Source: Eledone cirrhosa
Lineage: Eukaryota
Length of the DNA stretch: 64,000 bases
Assembly: GCA_964016885.1 (NCBI GenBank)
Contig: OZ024745.1
Coordinates: 47,988,001 to 48,052,000 of the forward strand
Direction of reading: 5' to 3'
Part shown: positions 49,011-62,203 of the stretch, piece after piece
Layout: the number at the start of each line of letters is the position of its first letter
Position numbering within the stretch: position 1 is the first letter of the stretch
Notes under the pieces: generated by a model
Database searches by the model: none
Seen by the model: only the letters and a program-made list of their open reading frames with translations
What the model was told of the DNA's origin: nothing
Program-made: the position numbers and the translations under genes

Positions 49011-51082
49011 TGTGAAGATGCATAGTTAGGGTGTGGATGCACAACCAAAAAGGACACTAAGTCTAAAAAAAAACAACTAAATTAGCCAGCATATTTACTT
49101 CATAAATCTGTTGGACTTTAGCTAACTGGGAGCTAAGTAACAATATTCAATACCTTAAACATATGTACAAAAATGAGAACACTCACGGGGTTGAAAGTGG
49201 ATTTGTCTAAATACACTCAGAACCTTATGATAATTTATGTTATCCTAGACTCAATGGGCAGTTGGTATACTTTATAGTTCTTTTCCAAGATGGTTTTGGA
49301 AGATAAATATAAGGCATACCAACACCAACAAAAATGTAAGGAATTAATTAGGAATGATATGAAGAATGACAGGAATTGTAACCAACTTGAACTAATAACT
49401 GATATATCAAGTCACACTTTGTAATCCAATATCAAGAGTCAGCTATAAAATACATGATAAATTGGATAAATTCCAAGTTGCAATATAAACAAATAGAATG
49501 TTGCTTTTCTGTGGAAAACAGCACATATAATCAGTTGCTGCTTGAAAATATCAAGACAATTTCTTTGAAGTTATATGTTATTTCAAACAATACGATCCAT
49601 AGGAAGAATTTCCCAGGATAAATGTAAAAAAATACTTCTGAAATAGAAAATGCTGACAATTTTCAACACAAATGAAATTGATACACTGCGCCAATAAAAA
49701 CTTTTACTATGTGTATCAACAATAGAATTTATAAAGTCATCTAGGACAGAGAATCTTCCATTGTGAAAGTCAGCTGTCAACTGATACAAAGTTAAAAAAT
49801 ATAAAAACAAAGAGATTTCAAAATTTAGTAATTAAACTTTGATTTTAAACTAACAATTGTATCGATAATTATTGTTTTCTACTTTTGGCACAAGGCCAGC
49901 AATTTTCCCAGTGTATTACTGGTACTTTATTTTATCGACCATGTAAGGATGAAGGGCAAAGTTAACCTCGGCGGGATTTGAACTCAGACCATAAAGAGCC
50001 ATAACTCTTTGCTTGCAAAGCATGGCGTCTGACTCTCTACTGATACTGCCAATCCACCACCCTTTGTATCTATTGATACTTTGAACTTATATTTAGGCAG
50101 TAACCACAGGAAATTGGGGTTCTCAGACAAATAAGAAAAACCCTAAAGTGTTCTGCAAGTTCAATCTTTTCTAAAAAAATGTGATCTTACAGTTAGTATC
50201 TAAATACCAACAGGAAAGCATTGCTTCTCCGTTATGAACTGGTTCCACCTTTATTGGACAAATTTCAAAACTCTCTTCCAAAATAAATACCACAAAGAAT
50301 AAACCTAGATATAAGAATCATTACATTCTACATTGAATTAATTCAGTAATAATATACATTTACACTTGCTCAAAAGTAATTTGAAGTTATAACATGTAGG
50401 ATGTACATATAGGTTTCACACATACTTACACACTGTTAACCCTTTTGATAACATTTCTAATGAAAGACACTGCCCATGATTTTCAAATGAGACTTAAAAT
50501 CAAGAATTGATGGATCTAACTTTCCCATTATAGAGCTGGTGTTTGGAACACAATTTAAAGGTTCTTACATAAAATGAAAATGGAAAGTTTGTAGACAAAT
50601 ATTAACATTTTAAAACAAGCAGTTTTGTATCATAGAGCCAGGGCTAGTTTAGTATCAAAAGGGTTTAAGTATTTTTTCTTGTACACTTCTTTAAAATCAA
50701 CTAATCTCTCACCTGAACACTTACAACAAACATTTCCAGAAGTTTTGGCTGAAGTGTCAACTCCACACCATTACTAATTATTTGACAACTGTATATACTG
50801 GTAGATAAGTCACTCCTCAATTTTACACACATTTACAATATACCATGTTGAAGTTTTTTAGATTCAGTAGGTAAGTAGCATGCTGGTATTTAGCATAATA
50901 TTTTCATGAAAACAGACTGGACATATAAGATTATATATGGTAAATCTCAAACAGCATAAAAATAACCAAAATATTCATGGTCTTTTAAATCCATTTATGT
51001 TTCAGCTTATGTAGAAAACAAAATGTTTTCTGTTTTTTCAGTAACTCACCAAACGTTAATTTTTTTTTCAAGTCAAAGTGTA

Positions 51083-52499
51083 CCTCATGTACATCAGAAG
51101 ATGCCGTTGTATCTGGGTTTAGGAGATCAGCAAAATATTCTCTCCACCTGGCAAGGATGCACCTCTCAGAAGAGAGGAGAACCCCAGACACGTTCCCGAT
51201 AGCAGGCATGGAGGAGGACTTCTTATTATGAAGTCGGTGGATGGTTTGCCAGAATACTTTATTTGCTGATCTGAAGTTAGATTCCAGCTTAGCCCCAAAG
51301 TTCTCCGATGACTTACCTTTGGATGCCTTTACTATCTCTGCTGCAACTTTTTGCACCTGCTTGTATTGTGCGTACAAGAAGGAGAACTTATTTTAAATCC
51401 AATCTTTGTAAGCCTCTTTCTTTGTTTGGATGACATCTTTAACTTCATGATTGAATCAAGAGGCCCACCTACCACCAAAGTCACTTTTGCCCACAGCAGA
51501 AACTGTCAAGCTAAACATTCTCCACTCTGCCAGCGCCTCTCACTTTATCCTGTAAATTGAGCTGGACCTGCCAGTTTTGTGGGCTTTCTTAACTTTAGGT
51601 AATCTCACGTTGCAGATGATTAGGAACAATGACTAATCTCTTGGAGGCTGAGGTCATAAGAGCAATTAAAGAGCTCAAATGTGGCAAGGCATCTGGGGAG
51701 GATGAAATTTGACTTGAGATGTTAAAAGCCTTAAAAAGCAAAGGTATTCTCTGGCTGACTCGTGTGCCAGGTGGCCTGGATCTCTGAAAAGGCATCTACG
51801 CAATGGCAATCAGGAGTAGTAATGCCAATTTTCAGAGATTGCTCCAATTATAGAAGGATCTCCTTGTTAAGCCTCTCTGGTAAAGCTAAGTATCGGACAA
51901 AAAGATGTAGTCAAGGCCAAGCTAACTGATGAACAATATGGGTTTCACCACAGATGCAGAAAATCCAACTAAATATTCATACTGCAGTAGGTCTTTGAGA
52001 AATTGTGGGAGTATTTGGTAATCAGGAGAAGGGAGGTAGGAGTAAAAACCAAACTCACAATCTGCAATTCGGTATCTGTGCCAACCCTTACTTATGGTCA
52101 TGAATCTTGGGTAATGACCGTAAGAACACGATTGCTAACATTAGTGGCCGATATGGGGTTCCTCAGCAGGGTCTTTAGAGTAATGTTACTTGATAGAGTG
52201 CATAACTCAGAGATCAGAGTCACTCCAGGTAAAGCGGCTACTTTTCCGAATTGAGATCACAGCACCGATACTACAGATGTGTGGTTAGAATGTCTCAGGA
52301 AAGAATCACTAGACAAATCTTACAGGCAAAACCAACAGACACCGAACAAGGTGATTGGATAACATCCATGATCTCAGCTGGCCTCACATGGGCATCCAGC
52401 TGGATCAATTGGAGACAGTTGCTTTTGGCAGGACTCTCTGGAAAGCATGCTTGAGGACCTGCCCCTGTGACCCTTCTGGTGAAGTAGGTGAAGAAGATA
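51083..52499 (+). mobile_element. Rex3/RTE-like LINE with an inverted 5' segment and a 10-bp TSD
   Basis: The minus segment 51083 to about 51620 reads ..FWQTIHRL..RWREYFADLLNP... The plus segment from about 51621 to 52499 reads KCGKASGEDEI..NYRRISLLS..LTYGHESW. TSD TCAAAGTGTA lies at 51073-51082 and 52500-52509. Confidence 0.85.
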
Positions 52500-55400
52500 T
52501 CAAAGTGTAGTCCCTCCTTAGATATGCTATCTGCACTCATCTAATTTTCCCATATGTACTTCACTATTCCATCTTGCTTTAGATTAAAATACTGTATATT
52601 AGTCACAACTCAAAGCATTTCCTAGTCACACAAATTAGCCAAGTGATAGTTTCTCAGCCAATTCTACAGTTATTAATCATGGCAGCTATTCTGCTACTGT
52701 GCCAATCTATTGGAGACACCCCAAATGAGTAACAAGAGTAAAACTTCCACAACCTCATTCTACTAAAACCCATAATTAATCCAGAAATAATTAAATGGTT
52801 AACAAGAAGCAGTACTACTATCAAACATATAAAAATAAAGTTTAAATTAACTTCTTTGTTACCATATTTCTCAGGAAATACACTGCTTATGTGTATAATC
52901 AATTTTTAAAATTTGAAGAATGTAATGGAGATAGCTAACTTTTTTTATTAGCAAGCTGATGTTTGAAACGTAACTTAAAAATTTCTTAAATTATGATAGG
53001 TTTTAATATAAGTTTGAACATTTTAAAATGAGCAGATGTGTAGTTTCAGGCAATTTGATATCAAAAGGGTTAAGAGGAAATTCATCTCCCAATAAGTAGG
53101 TACAGATACTCACTGTGAACAAATGAATTTCTTTGGCTGTTAAATTTCAACAGGGGGAATGGACTTAAATGTTTCCTAAAGAAGGTTTCAAGCAAAAAAT
53201 TGTAGGATTTTCTGAGACAGGGTGTCATCATCGCCATTTTACACCTGCTTTCTATGCTGGCATAGGTTGGATGGGTCATCACTGTCGGAGACTAGACAAG
53301 GTCAGAGAACCACATCTTGCTCATAAGTTCTATATTTTGAATGCTCTTCCTAACACTAATCATTTTGCAGAGTGTACTGGGTACATTGTATTATTACACC
53401 AGCACTACCATTTTACAGTGTCTTTTAATAATAATTTATTACATATATATTTTTATATGAATAAATTCTCTCCTTAAAATAACTTTTGGCAGAGTAATTT
53501 TGCTGCAAGAATTTGGATCATGTCTCCAGTTTAAGGATATCTCCATCCCACTGAAAAGGGAAACGGGCGCTGTCATTCCCTCCCCAATTAACAGGGAAAA
53601 CCCCCCAAAACATAACACCTATGTAGCCTAATACTTTCAACATTGTTACAAAATATAGAAAAGTTTGAATTTTGTTTGACAGCATTTGACAAACAATGCC
53701 ACTGCTGCTGATAATAAACATAATTCAAACATTACAATGACTTGCAGAATATCCCTTTGTCTAAATGTAGTGATAAAAATAATTGTTTCTACTTTTGGCA
53801 CAAGGCCAGCAATTATCCCAGTGCATTACTGGCATTTTATTTTATCAACCCCGTAAAGATGAAAGGCAAAGTTAACCTTGGCGGGATTTGAACTCAGATC
53901 GTAACGGCCCGTAACTCCATGCTGCAAAGCATGGCGTCCAACCCTCTACCGATAAAAATAATGTTATATTTTCTCACTCCGGCTCTGTCAGTGGACTTAG
54001 CTGTTTGAGAGATTATCATCATCATCGTTTAACGTCTACTTTCCATGCTAGCAAGGGTTAGACTGGTTTGTACCAATTGAGGCAAGTTGGGTTGGGTGAC
54101 CCTGTCTCGTTCATACAGGACGGTTTCTGGCTGATTTTCTATGGTTGGATGCCCTTCCTAATGCTAACTATATTTACAGTGTGTGCTGGGTGCTTTTTGC
54201 TGTGTCTCCTACATAACCACTTTACAGTGTGGGCTGGGTGCTTTTTGTTATGACACCTACACGACCTTATCTTAAATAGATTTCACCAGTCCCCCCGTTT
54301 AATGCCACCATTTAGCATTTGAAAGCCTTTAGCAGAGTCCACTGTTGAATTTGAGCCAGTTTCCTGCCTGAGGATAACTTACCCCAACCAGTCTGCCCTT
54401 TCGTGATATCTCTGATTAAATCATTAAAAAAAAAAAAACTCTGGTTGGCCTACAGATTTTCTAATTGTCAAACCCTTATGGTACCTAATCTTAATTTCCC
54501 TGTTAGTTTCATTGAGTAGGTCCCCACCTTTCATAGTAACACGTCAAAACATCGTTTTCATTGTTATTTAGCGAAAATTTGCCATCTTCGTACAAACTAA
54601 TTACCTTGCAATTTGTTTCATATAAAGAGAAATGTCTTTTTTTCATACTAATCTTTTTCTTTCACATCTACACCATACTAAATCTAAAGTCACTAACAGA
54701 TAATCTATATTGAAGAGTACATTCAACAGCATGAAAAGACTTGGTGTTCACAACTATCAGCCTCTGATGCTTTATGTTAAGCAAAAGTCAAGCTGATGCA
54801 AAGGACTATATGAATGACGGGTGCCTGGTTTTATTAACCCTTTCGTTTCAATATTTCTGTTGATTTTCAATAAATTTTTTAAATAATCAGTTATTTGTAG
54901 GAGTTAGTAATATAACTAAGGAGTTAGTAATATAACTACCTTGTTATTAAGATGGTGCTTGGAACATAAGAAAAGGTTCTTATGAAAAACTGTAGTGGAA
55001 AGTTTAAATTTAAATATGAACAAATGTTCTTTTTCATCATGGAAAAAAGGTTACAGGCGGATTGGTGTCAAAAGAGTTAAGTTAGTGTCGTAAATGGTTT
55101 TTGTCTAATAAGTGCCTAGATACCTATTTCTTTCCTGTTCAATGGTCATAGCCTAAATGCACTCCAGTGTACAAGTTCTAGTGTTTCTCAATATGGTCAT
55201 AGGGGAAATTACCAGTTAGGACAATATTAATGTCATCAATTCCCAAGGTAGCCTATACAAGGGTTACATTGATCCAGACCATTTGCCTGTTTCTTTATCA
55301 TTACTTGTAGCACATAAATAGAGAATACAGAAGCTGTCAAGAGTTGAATTAACTTCTCACCTAGTCTGGTTACCTTAATCACTCACCTATCCAATTCTTT

Positions 55401-58267
55401 ATCATGAGGGTACTTTCATCACCAATACCATAGTTACCCACTCAGAAGAATTTGTACACAACTTACATTCACTTTCCTCAACTCTAACATATCAAAATGA
55501 AAATGAATAAAATTCACAGAACACACACATATATAAAGGTTTAACTGCTCTCTTAGAAGCTTACATCATATAAGGTTTCTTAGGTGTTTTAATGACAGGG
55601 TCCCCAATCCTATCACAAAAAGCAATGTGAAATGAAGTGTCTTGCTCATGAACACAATGTGCTGTTCAGTCCAGGAATTGAAGCAGTAACCTTATGATCA
55701 TCCACTAGGCCACACAACTTCATATATCAAAAAACCTATTTTTAATAGGACACCTGAAATCAAGACTTTAAAAGGAAGAATGTTGTGGCTGTTGGTGGTA
55801 GGATTGTTCAATAATGGTCAATGAATACACACATGACACTCTTCTATTGTGCATAGTACTAACAGGACAAGTGTTAGTTCTGCTAGGAAGATTCTATGAC
55901 TGGATACTCTTCATACCATTAATTACAAGGAGAGGAGACTTGGTGTATTTATTGCAACAAGAGGGCTGCATTCACCTAGTTTCAGTTTGAATTCAAAATG
56001 GCATATCTCCTAGGCACAATTGAGGTGGCCTGCCTAGGCCACCTCAATTGTGACTTTCCTACACTCAGCATTTTTCTTCTATTTGGTGCAACACACACAC
56101 ATCAGCCATAGTTATTTCAAAGCATACTCAATTTCTGGGAATTTTTCCTTGGTCATGAAGCAAAGCTTGAGCAGAATTCTGGCAAAGAATCTACCTGTAA
56201 TAGATAGTATGGTAACAGGTATGAAGCCAGGGTCCAATTTCTCTTTTTTATAGAAAGTGACAAATGATACGGATCTTATAAAACTACTCATTTCTCTCAG
56301 CAAAGTGCAAATAGATATAAAAGTCTTTCTAGAAAATATTTCCACCCAGCAATGCAAATAAGTCCTTTAGAAAATATTTCCACTTATTTTGTATACATGT
56401 CAAACCTTTCTTTACCATATTTCTAATGAAAGACACACACTGTCAATGAATTTTAAAAAATGTTGAAAATAATCAAGAATTTGGAGGGATAACTAACATT
56501 CTTATTAACAAGATGGTCTTTGGAACTAAATTTCTTATATAAAATTATGATGGCAGGGTTTTAGATAAATCTAAACACTTTAAAATAAACTTGTACCTTA
56601 GAACCAAGAGCAGTTTCAGGCAGTTTAGTATCAAAAGGGTTAAAAACTGAAATATTTCAGCTACACAAAAAGGAAATATCAATTTTTTTTAGGTTGGCAG
56701 GTATTGTAATCCAACTTTTTGTTGTGGAATCCTTACAACTGAAGCATTGTCATGCAGCATATATTTATAAAATAGTTCCTGTAATGCCTATCCATTATTT
56801 CAAGATGGATCTCTACATCTCTACTTGTTGGCAAGCAATTAGAACATCACAAATCAGACCATATTTGTGCTGCACCTTGTAGAAATGCCATTTGGTACTT
56901 GCACTGCAAAAGTCAACAACAAAATATCATGCATTTTTCCATGCTTAGCTCGGAGGATGCTTCAAGCAACTATGTATGGTTACAAATGATATTTTGTTCT
57001 GGTTAGGTATTGAAGTATACCAGCAGTCATCCATTCTCTGAGTCAAGAGAAATGTTAAAGATATATCACTGATGTTCAATATCATCTTATATTGGAAGGC
57101 TCAAGTTAACCTGGAGATTCTTTGGCTGTAGCCCATATATTATATATCATCATTTAATGTCTGCTTTCCCTGCTAGCAAGGGTTGGACGGATCTACCTAG
57201 ACCAAGTCAGTTCTACCAAGTGCATTTTATCGTGACACCAGCACTAGAAAAATTGTTATCTCTTTGACACAACTGGAGGGTCCTCCCAACCCTTTGTTTG
57301 GCAAGCTTTCACTGGATGCCCTTCCTATCACAAGCACTTTACAGAATGTACTGGGTGTGTTTATGTTCTTGACATGACTGAAATGTTATATATATATATA
57401 TGTATATGCAGGTAAAATTCTGTTATAACAAACAAACACTCAATTTGTTTCGATTGATCTTGTTATAAAGTATTTTTCGTTACGACAAATCTTTTTTATT
57501 TATAACCTATAAATTTCGTTATAACAAAATTTCACTATATATCATCATCATCATCGTTTAACGTCCATCTTCCAAGCTTGCATATATATATAGTTGGTAT
57601 CAGGGGAAGTGTGCCTTTGGTTCTGACCAGTCTGATCTTGAGCACTTGTTACAAACCTAATACAGAAAATTTTAATATTGATAGATGCCAGTGTTTAGAT
57701 CTTGTATGTCACCACGTACTCTTCAATATGATCTGTTAGATGTTTTTTATTGCTGTCTTTCAGTCGATGAATCAGTTTATTTCCTTGTTTGATTTTCAGA
57801 AGACCTGTCATTCACTGGCATTTGAAATATGGTCAACTAAATCAGAGTAAGAGGGAAAAATGTCTATTTAGGAAAAAAGACTCCCAAAGATTATTTTGAC
57901 CATTTTTATATTCCTCTGTCTTGTCAGAATAGAGGCTTTTTGAATCTCAATGCCATTTATTCAATTATACTATTGGTATATTTTTCTTTCAATTTTGAGC
58001 TACATATGAAAATGTGTACATCACTGAAAACTAAAAGTTATATTCCATCAAAAGCATCAAATACACCAATACAACAGAATATCTTCCAACATAGCCACTG
58101 AAGTTGCCTGCTACAATTACAATGTCTGTTAGATGATGTCAGATCTATCTGTTAATCCTAATTGTTAGGCATATTCTGAGATTACAATAACTGTCATGTT
58201 GCTTATCAATAAATTAGGTCAGTTATGATTTCAATAAATTTTTTTTTTGCTGCCTATCTAGAACATA

Positions 58268-60498
58268 CCGTATTTACTCATGTATAAGTTTATCTGAATA
58301 TAAGACAGCTCCCATTAATTTACGTCTGAGAAATGGGCAAAAATCCCAAACTCATGCATGAATGTAATGTACAAATCGAATGAAATGTGTGCCTTAAAAA
58401 CGTGGGAAACATTTAACACCCTACAAGCAGATTTATTTTTGCCAAGTTATTAAACTTTATATAATGAACTGGATACCCATATATTGTACAATAGGAAAAT
58501 AAAAGCTTGTGTAAAAGAATATTCTGTAAAAACGATTCTAAAATGTAGTAAAACTGCTTCACTGTAAAGCAATTATTCCAGATATCTTGGAGCCCTTTTT
58601 TTACGATGTTGAAGTTAATGAAAATCAGCAAAATATTGACCTCAAATATAAGTCTACCAACCATTTTATCATCAATTATTTTTGTCATATATTTCTTGGC
58701 CTATGCACTAGTATACACAGTAGATTTATGTGTCTGTCTTAATGCAACAAAGAATATGCCCACTAGGAGCTCTGAAATTATGTATGTTACAAGGATCAAC
58801 TAAAGCATACTTTAAAAGACTTAATAGTGATGTTTCTTCAATGGACTGTTGACACATCTGACCATTTGCTCTGGAGGAGAAAATGTCATACTGCAGTTGA
58901 CTTCTTTGAAAGAAATTGAAGATTAGGCTGATAGATGGAGAAATCATTGGAGAAAAGCAAACAAGAGAAAAAAACCTTTTGGACTCAGCTGCATCAAAAT
59001 TTTCCATGTCCTTACACAGACACCTTAGAACAAATAATTTCAATGTGATACCAATAATGATGAAACAAAGTATTCAATAACTCATAGTTTCATCTAACAG
59101 TAAAGTCCTTCAATATAACTAAAGACATTACAGAGAAAGGTAAAAACTAGGGAGTTCAATTTGTCATAAGACTTCTAAATCATAATTGTCTAAAATTATC
59201 CAATCACTTCTGCAACTTGGTATGGTGAAATTGGAAAATAAAGAATAATATCACTATTTTATTTGATATTATGGGCATGTTGTTATAATGTCTCAGGAAA
59301 GAATCACTGGACAGATTTTATGGGCAAAAATAATCAGCAGGAGACCCAGAGGCAGACCCCAAGTAAGGTGGTTGGATAACATCCATGAGCTTGGCTGGTC
59401 TCGCTTGGGGTTCCAGTTGGAGGCAGTTGCTTCTGACAGGACCCACTGGAAGGAGTCTTTGAGGACTTTGCCCCCACAGCCCTCTAAGAAATAGCTGGGC
59501 AAAGAAAAAAGGTGTAATTAACAACAGCATACAGTGACCAAAACCAGCTGTAATTCTATGAAAGAAAACTGCTCATTTTGTTTTGGCTCTATGTATTCTA
59601 TGTTTAAATACAGCTATGGCCTATTTAGGTGGTAGACTTAACCTGTGACCTGACTTAACACCACTACATGACCCTTGAGTGCTTTTCAGAGTTCGTCTGT
59701 TGCAATCATTCAGACCAGGCTTTCGGCTTGTGAATATCTTCCTGCCTCCACCTAATGGTTTCGGAGAACATGAAAAGAGTCTAGGGTACTGCACCTCCTT
59801 CCGACCTAGTTTTGGAAGACCTTAAAGCAGTTTTGGGTACTGCCTTCCTTCCCTCCCAGGTTAAATAGTAAAAAAATAATTTTGATTGTGGAATGAAGGC
59901 GAGTAGACAGTGAATCAGACAGAGGTGAAGCAGCTAAGAGAAGCTGTTACATATTGTCACTGGCACTACATTGTGTCCATGGCATGGAGCCTAGATACTT
60001 AACATTTGTGAACTTTCACAGATGAGTCTATTTAGATCCATCATAATTTTATATAAGAGACATATAGTGTTGGTGCCACAATAAAATGCACCTAGCCCAC
60101 ACTGTAATGTGGTAGTGCTAGTGCTATAAAATGCATCTTGTCCACCCCGTCAGGTGGTTGTGCTGGTGTCACAATAAAATTATATCTGAGGTTAATGTTT
60201 TGCTGATTTTCACCAACTTCAAAATACTACATACATGAGGTGCTAAAATATTTTTGCTTTGGAGGTGAATATTACACCAGTTTCACTTTTACTGTGAAAT
60301 TCATATTTCCTATTGTTTTGAATGAATAATGGCCTTCAAAAAGGTTAGAAATTGGTAAAAAATCCTTACGTTATGAAAATTTTAAAACCACACCATCTAA
60401 ACGTGTTGATTACCTGCTTCGGCCTATAAATGGGGTTTACATTTTGGCTATATCTCAGACATAAAACAGGGGGTCACTTTATATTCGAGTATATACCT
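58268..60498. mobile_element. Old pogo/Tigger-type element defined by decayed TIRs (tentative)
   Basis: TA|CCGTATTTACTCATGTATAAG at the left and TTATATTCGAGTATATACCT|TA at the right; the internal sequence is not interpretable. Confidence 0.35.
59272..59505 (+). mobile_element. Rex3/RTE-like LINE 3' fragment
   Basis: MSQERITGQILWA..RRPRGRPQVRWLD is homologous to 52290-52490. Another copy lies on the minus strand at about 62675-62995. Confidence 0.75.
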
Positions 60499-60949
60499 TA
60501 ATACTTTTATTAAATCCCTCAAAACTCTTCATTACTTAATCATAAATACAGTTATGAAAGGATTAAGAGAAAAAAAAAATTCACCACCACCAAGTTTTCC
60601 CACTTATACTTTCTAAATTGACTGCCATGTATATAGTTCTTTAGTTTATAATTAAGCATAGAAACTCACTGAAGTATTAAGTTTCTTTCATTCAAGTTGA
60701 CACTAGTACACACACAGGCACAGAACAGCATTGTGGTAATGAAACCATAGATAAATACATACCTACAAACAAGATATACATGCCCTATATATATATAAAA
60801 CAAAGTAGTTGTGGTAAGGAACCAGATGGACCATAACGCACCAGAGTACTCAATACTTAGGGTAGTAGAGTGGGTAGTATATATATATCTTGTCAGATGA
60901 CCCTGTGAGTGCGCAAGTGAAACTCCAGAGTAAGACCCACTACTTAGAC

Positions 60950-60992
<43 letters not shown>

Positions 60993-61268
60993 TATATAGG
61001 ACATGTGTATCTGGTTGAGAATAGGTTCACCATAACCTTGAATCTTCTAAGAAGTAACTAAAAGGGGTTGGTGTCAGGTAAAACATTGCCTTAAAAAGTT
61101 CCATCCAACCAATGTCGGCCTGGAAAACAGATGTAAAACGATGGTAAAATATATACATATACACACATACATATAGAAAGAAAATATTCAACTGTGAGCT
61201 CCTGTGGTTTTTACTTGTGACTTCATACACATGAGGGTCTTTAGGAATAAAAAAAAATTTCTTTCACC

Positions 61269-61491
61269 ATTACCGAGAACAATTATTTCACCTTATTCAA
61301 ATCATCAGCTCGGTTTAAATGAGGTTGTACGGAAAAGGAAAAAACAATTGTACAAATATGCATGTGCAGAAACTTTGAGAAGTGACTGTTTCTGCACATG
61401 CGTATTTGTACAGTTGTTTTTCCTTAACCGTACAAATTCATTTAAACCGAGCTGATGATCCGAATAAGGTGAAACAATTGTTCTCGGTAAT
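61269..61491. repeat. Long fold-back element (about 105-bp arms, about 14-nt loop)
   Basis: attaccgagaacaattatttcaccttattc...gcatgtgcagaaac is mirrored by gtttctgcacatgc...gaataaggtgaaacaattgttctcggtaat. Confidence 0.9.
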
Positions 61492-61612
61492 AGCGAACTA
61501 ACTGTTGTTCTATAAGAGATATCAACATGAATAGACCTGTTATTTTTATCTAAAGACATTTTTTCCAATTCCACTCCGCCCGTCCCTTCAATCTATCTTA
61601 TTTCTCGTTCTT

Positions 61613-61648
61613 TCTTCTGATGAAAGACTAGCGTCCGAAACGTTAAGA
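61613..61648 (+). ncRNA. Minimal type-I hammerhead ribozyme motif (Penelope-like pLTR relic)
   Basis: TCTT-CTGATGA-AA-GAC TAGC GTC-C-GAAACGT-T-AAGA has the catalytic core, a short stem II, the palindromic ACGT stem III and stem I TCTT/AAGA. Confidence 0.55.
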
Positions 61649-61798
61649 CCCTCTCCCTGCTATTTCAAGCATTAACCTAATATATTCCTTCCATATACTG
61701 TACCGATTGTGTTGTTATTTCTATTTACCTTTTACATATATATATATATAATGTTCACCATCATGTAATGTCCACTCTCCACGCTAGCATGGGTTAGA

Positions 61799-61829
<31 letters not shown>

Positions 61830-62203
61830 AGAGACTCACTCAGATGGTGGATGGGTGCTACACGAGAATGCTGAGGATGGCTCTGAACATTAATCAGTAT
61901 ACACTGAGGATGAAAAACTCAGAGCTGTATGGGAGCATCCCAAAAGTCAGCTCAAAAGTGACACAGAGGAGACTGAGGTTGGCTGGACATGCTCACCGAC
62001 ATCCAGAGTTGACATTGCACTCAGTGCTCCTTTGGGAGCCCCTACATGGACACACTAGAAGAGGAAGACCAAGGTTAACATATGTTGATGCCCTAAGGAC
62101 AGACACTGGTCTGTTGGAGATGCAGGATATGGCAGCGATAATGAGGGACAGAGACCGCTGGAGAGAACTCGTCCATGGATCTCGGGAATTTTACCCGCCT
62201 TAG
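61830..62203 (+). mobile_element. RTE-group LINE 3' fragment (third family)
   Basis: DGCYTRMLRMALNI..RRLRLAGHAHRH..LLWEP..RRGRPRLTYVD is the typical RTE ORF C-terminus. Confidence 0.8.

Noticed and set aside
48823-49044. 73-aa ORF as a host exon
   Set aside because: Another frame of the same DNA gives decayed pogo transposase motifs with stop codons.
58700-59150. Possible integrase or hAT remnant (SSRANGQ, LLDET)
   Set aside because: The motifs are too short and point to different families, so no call can be supported.
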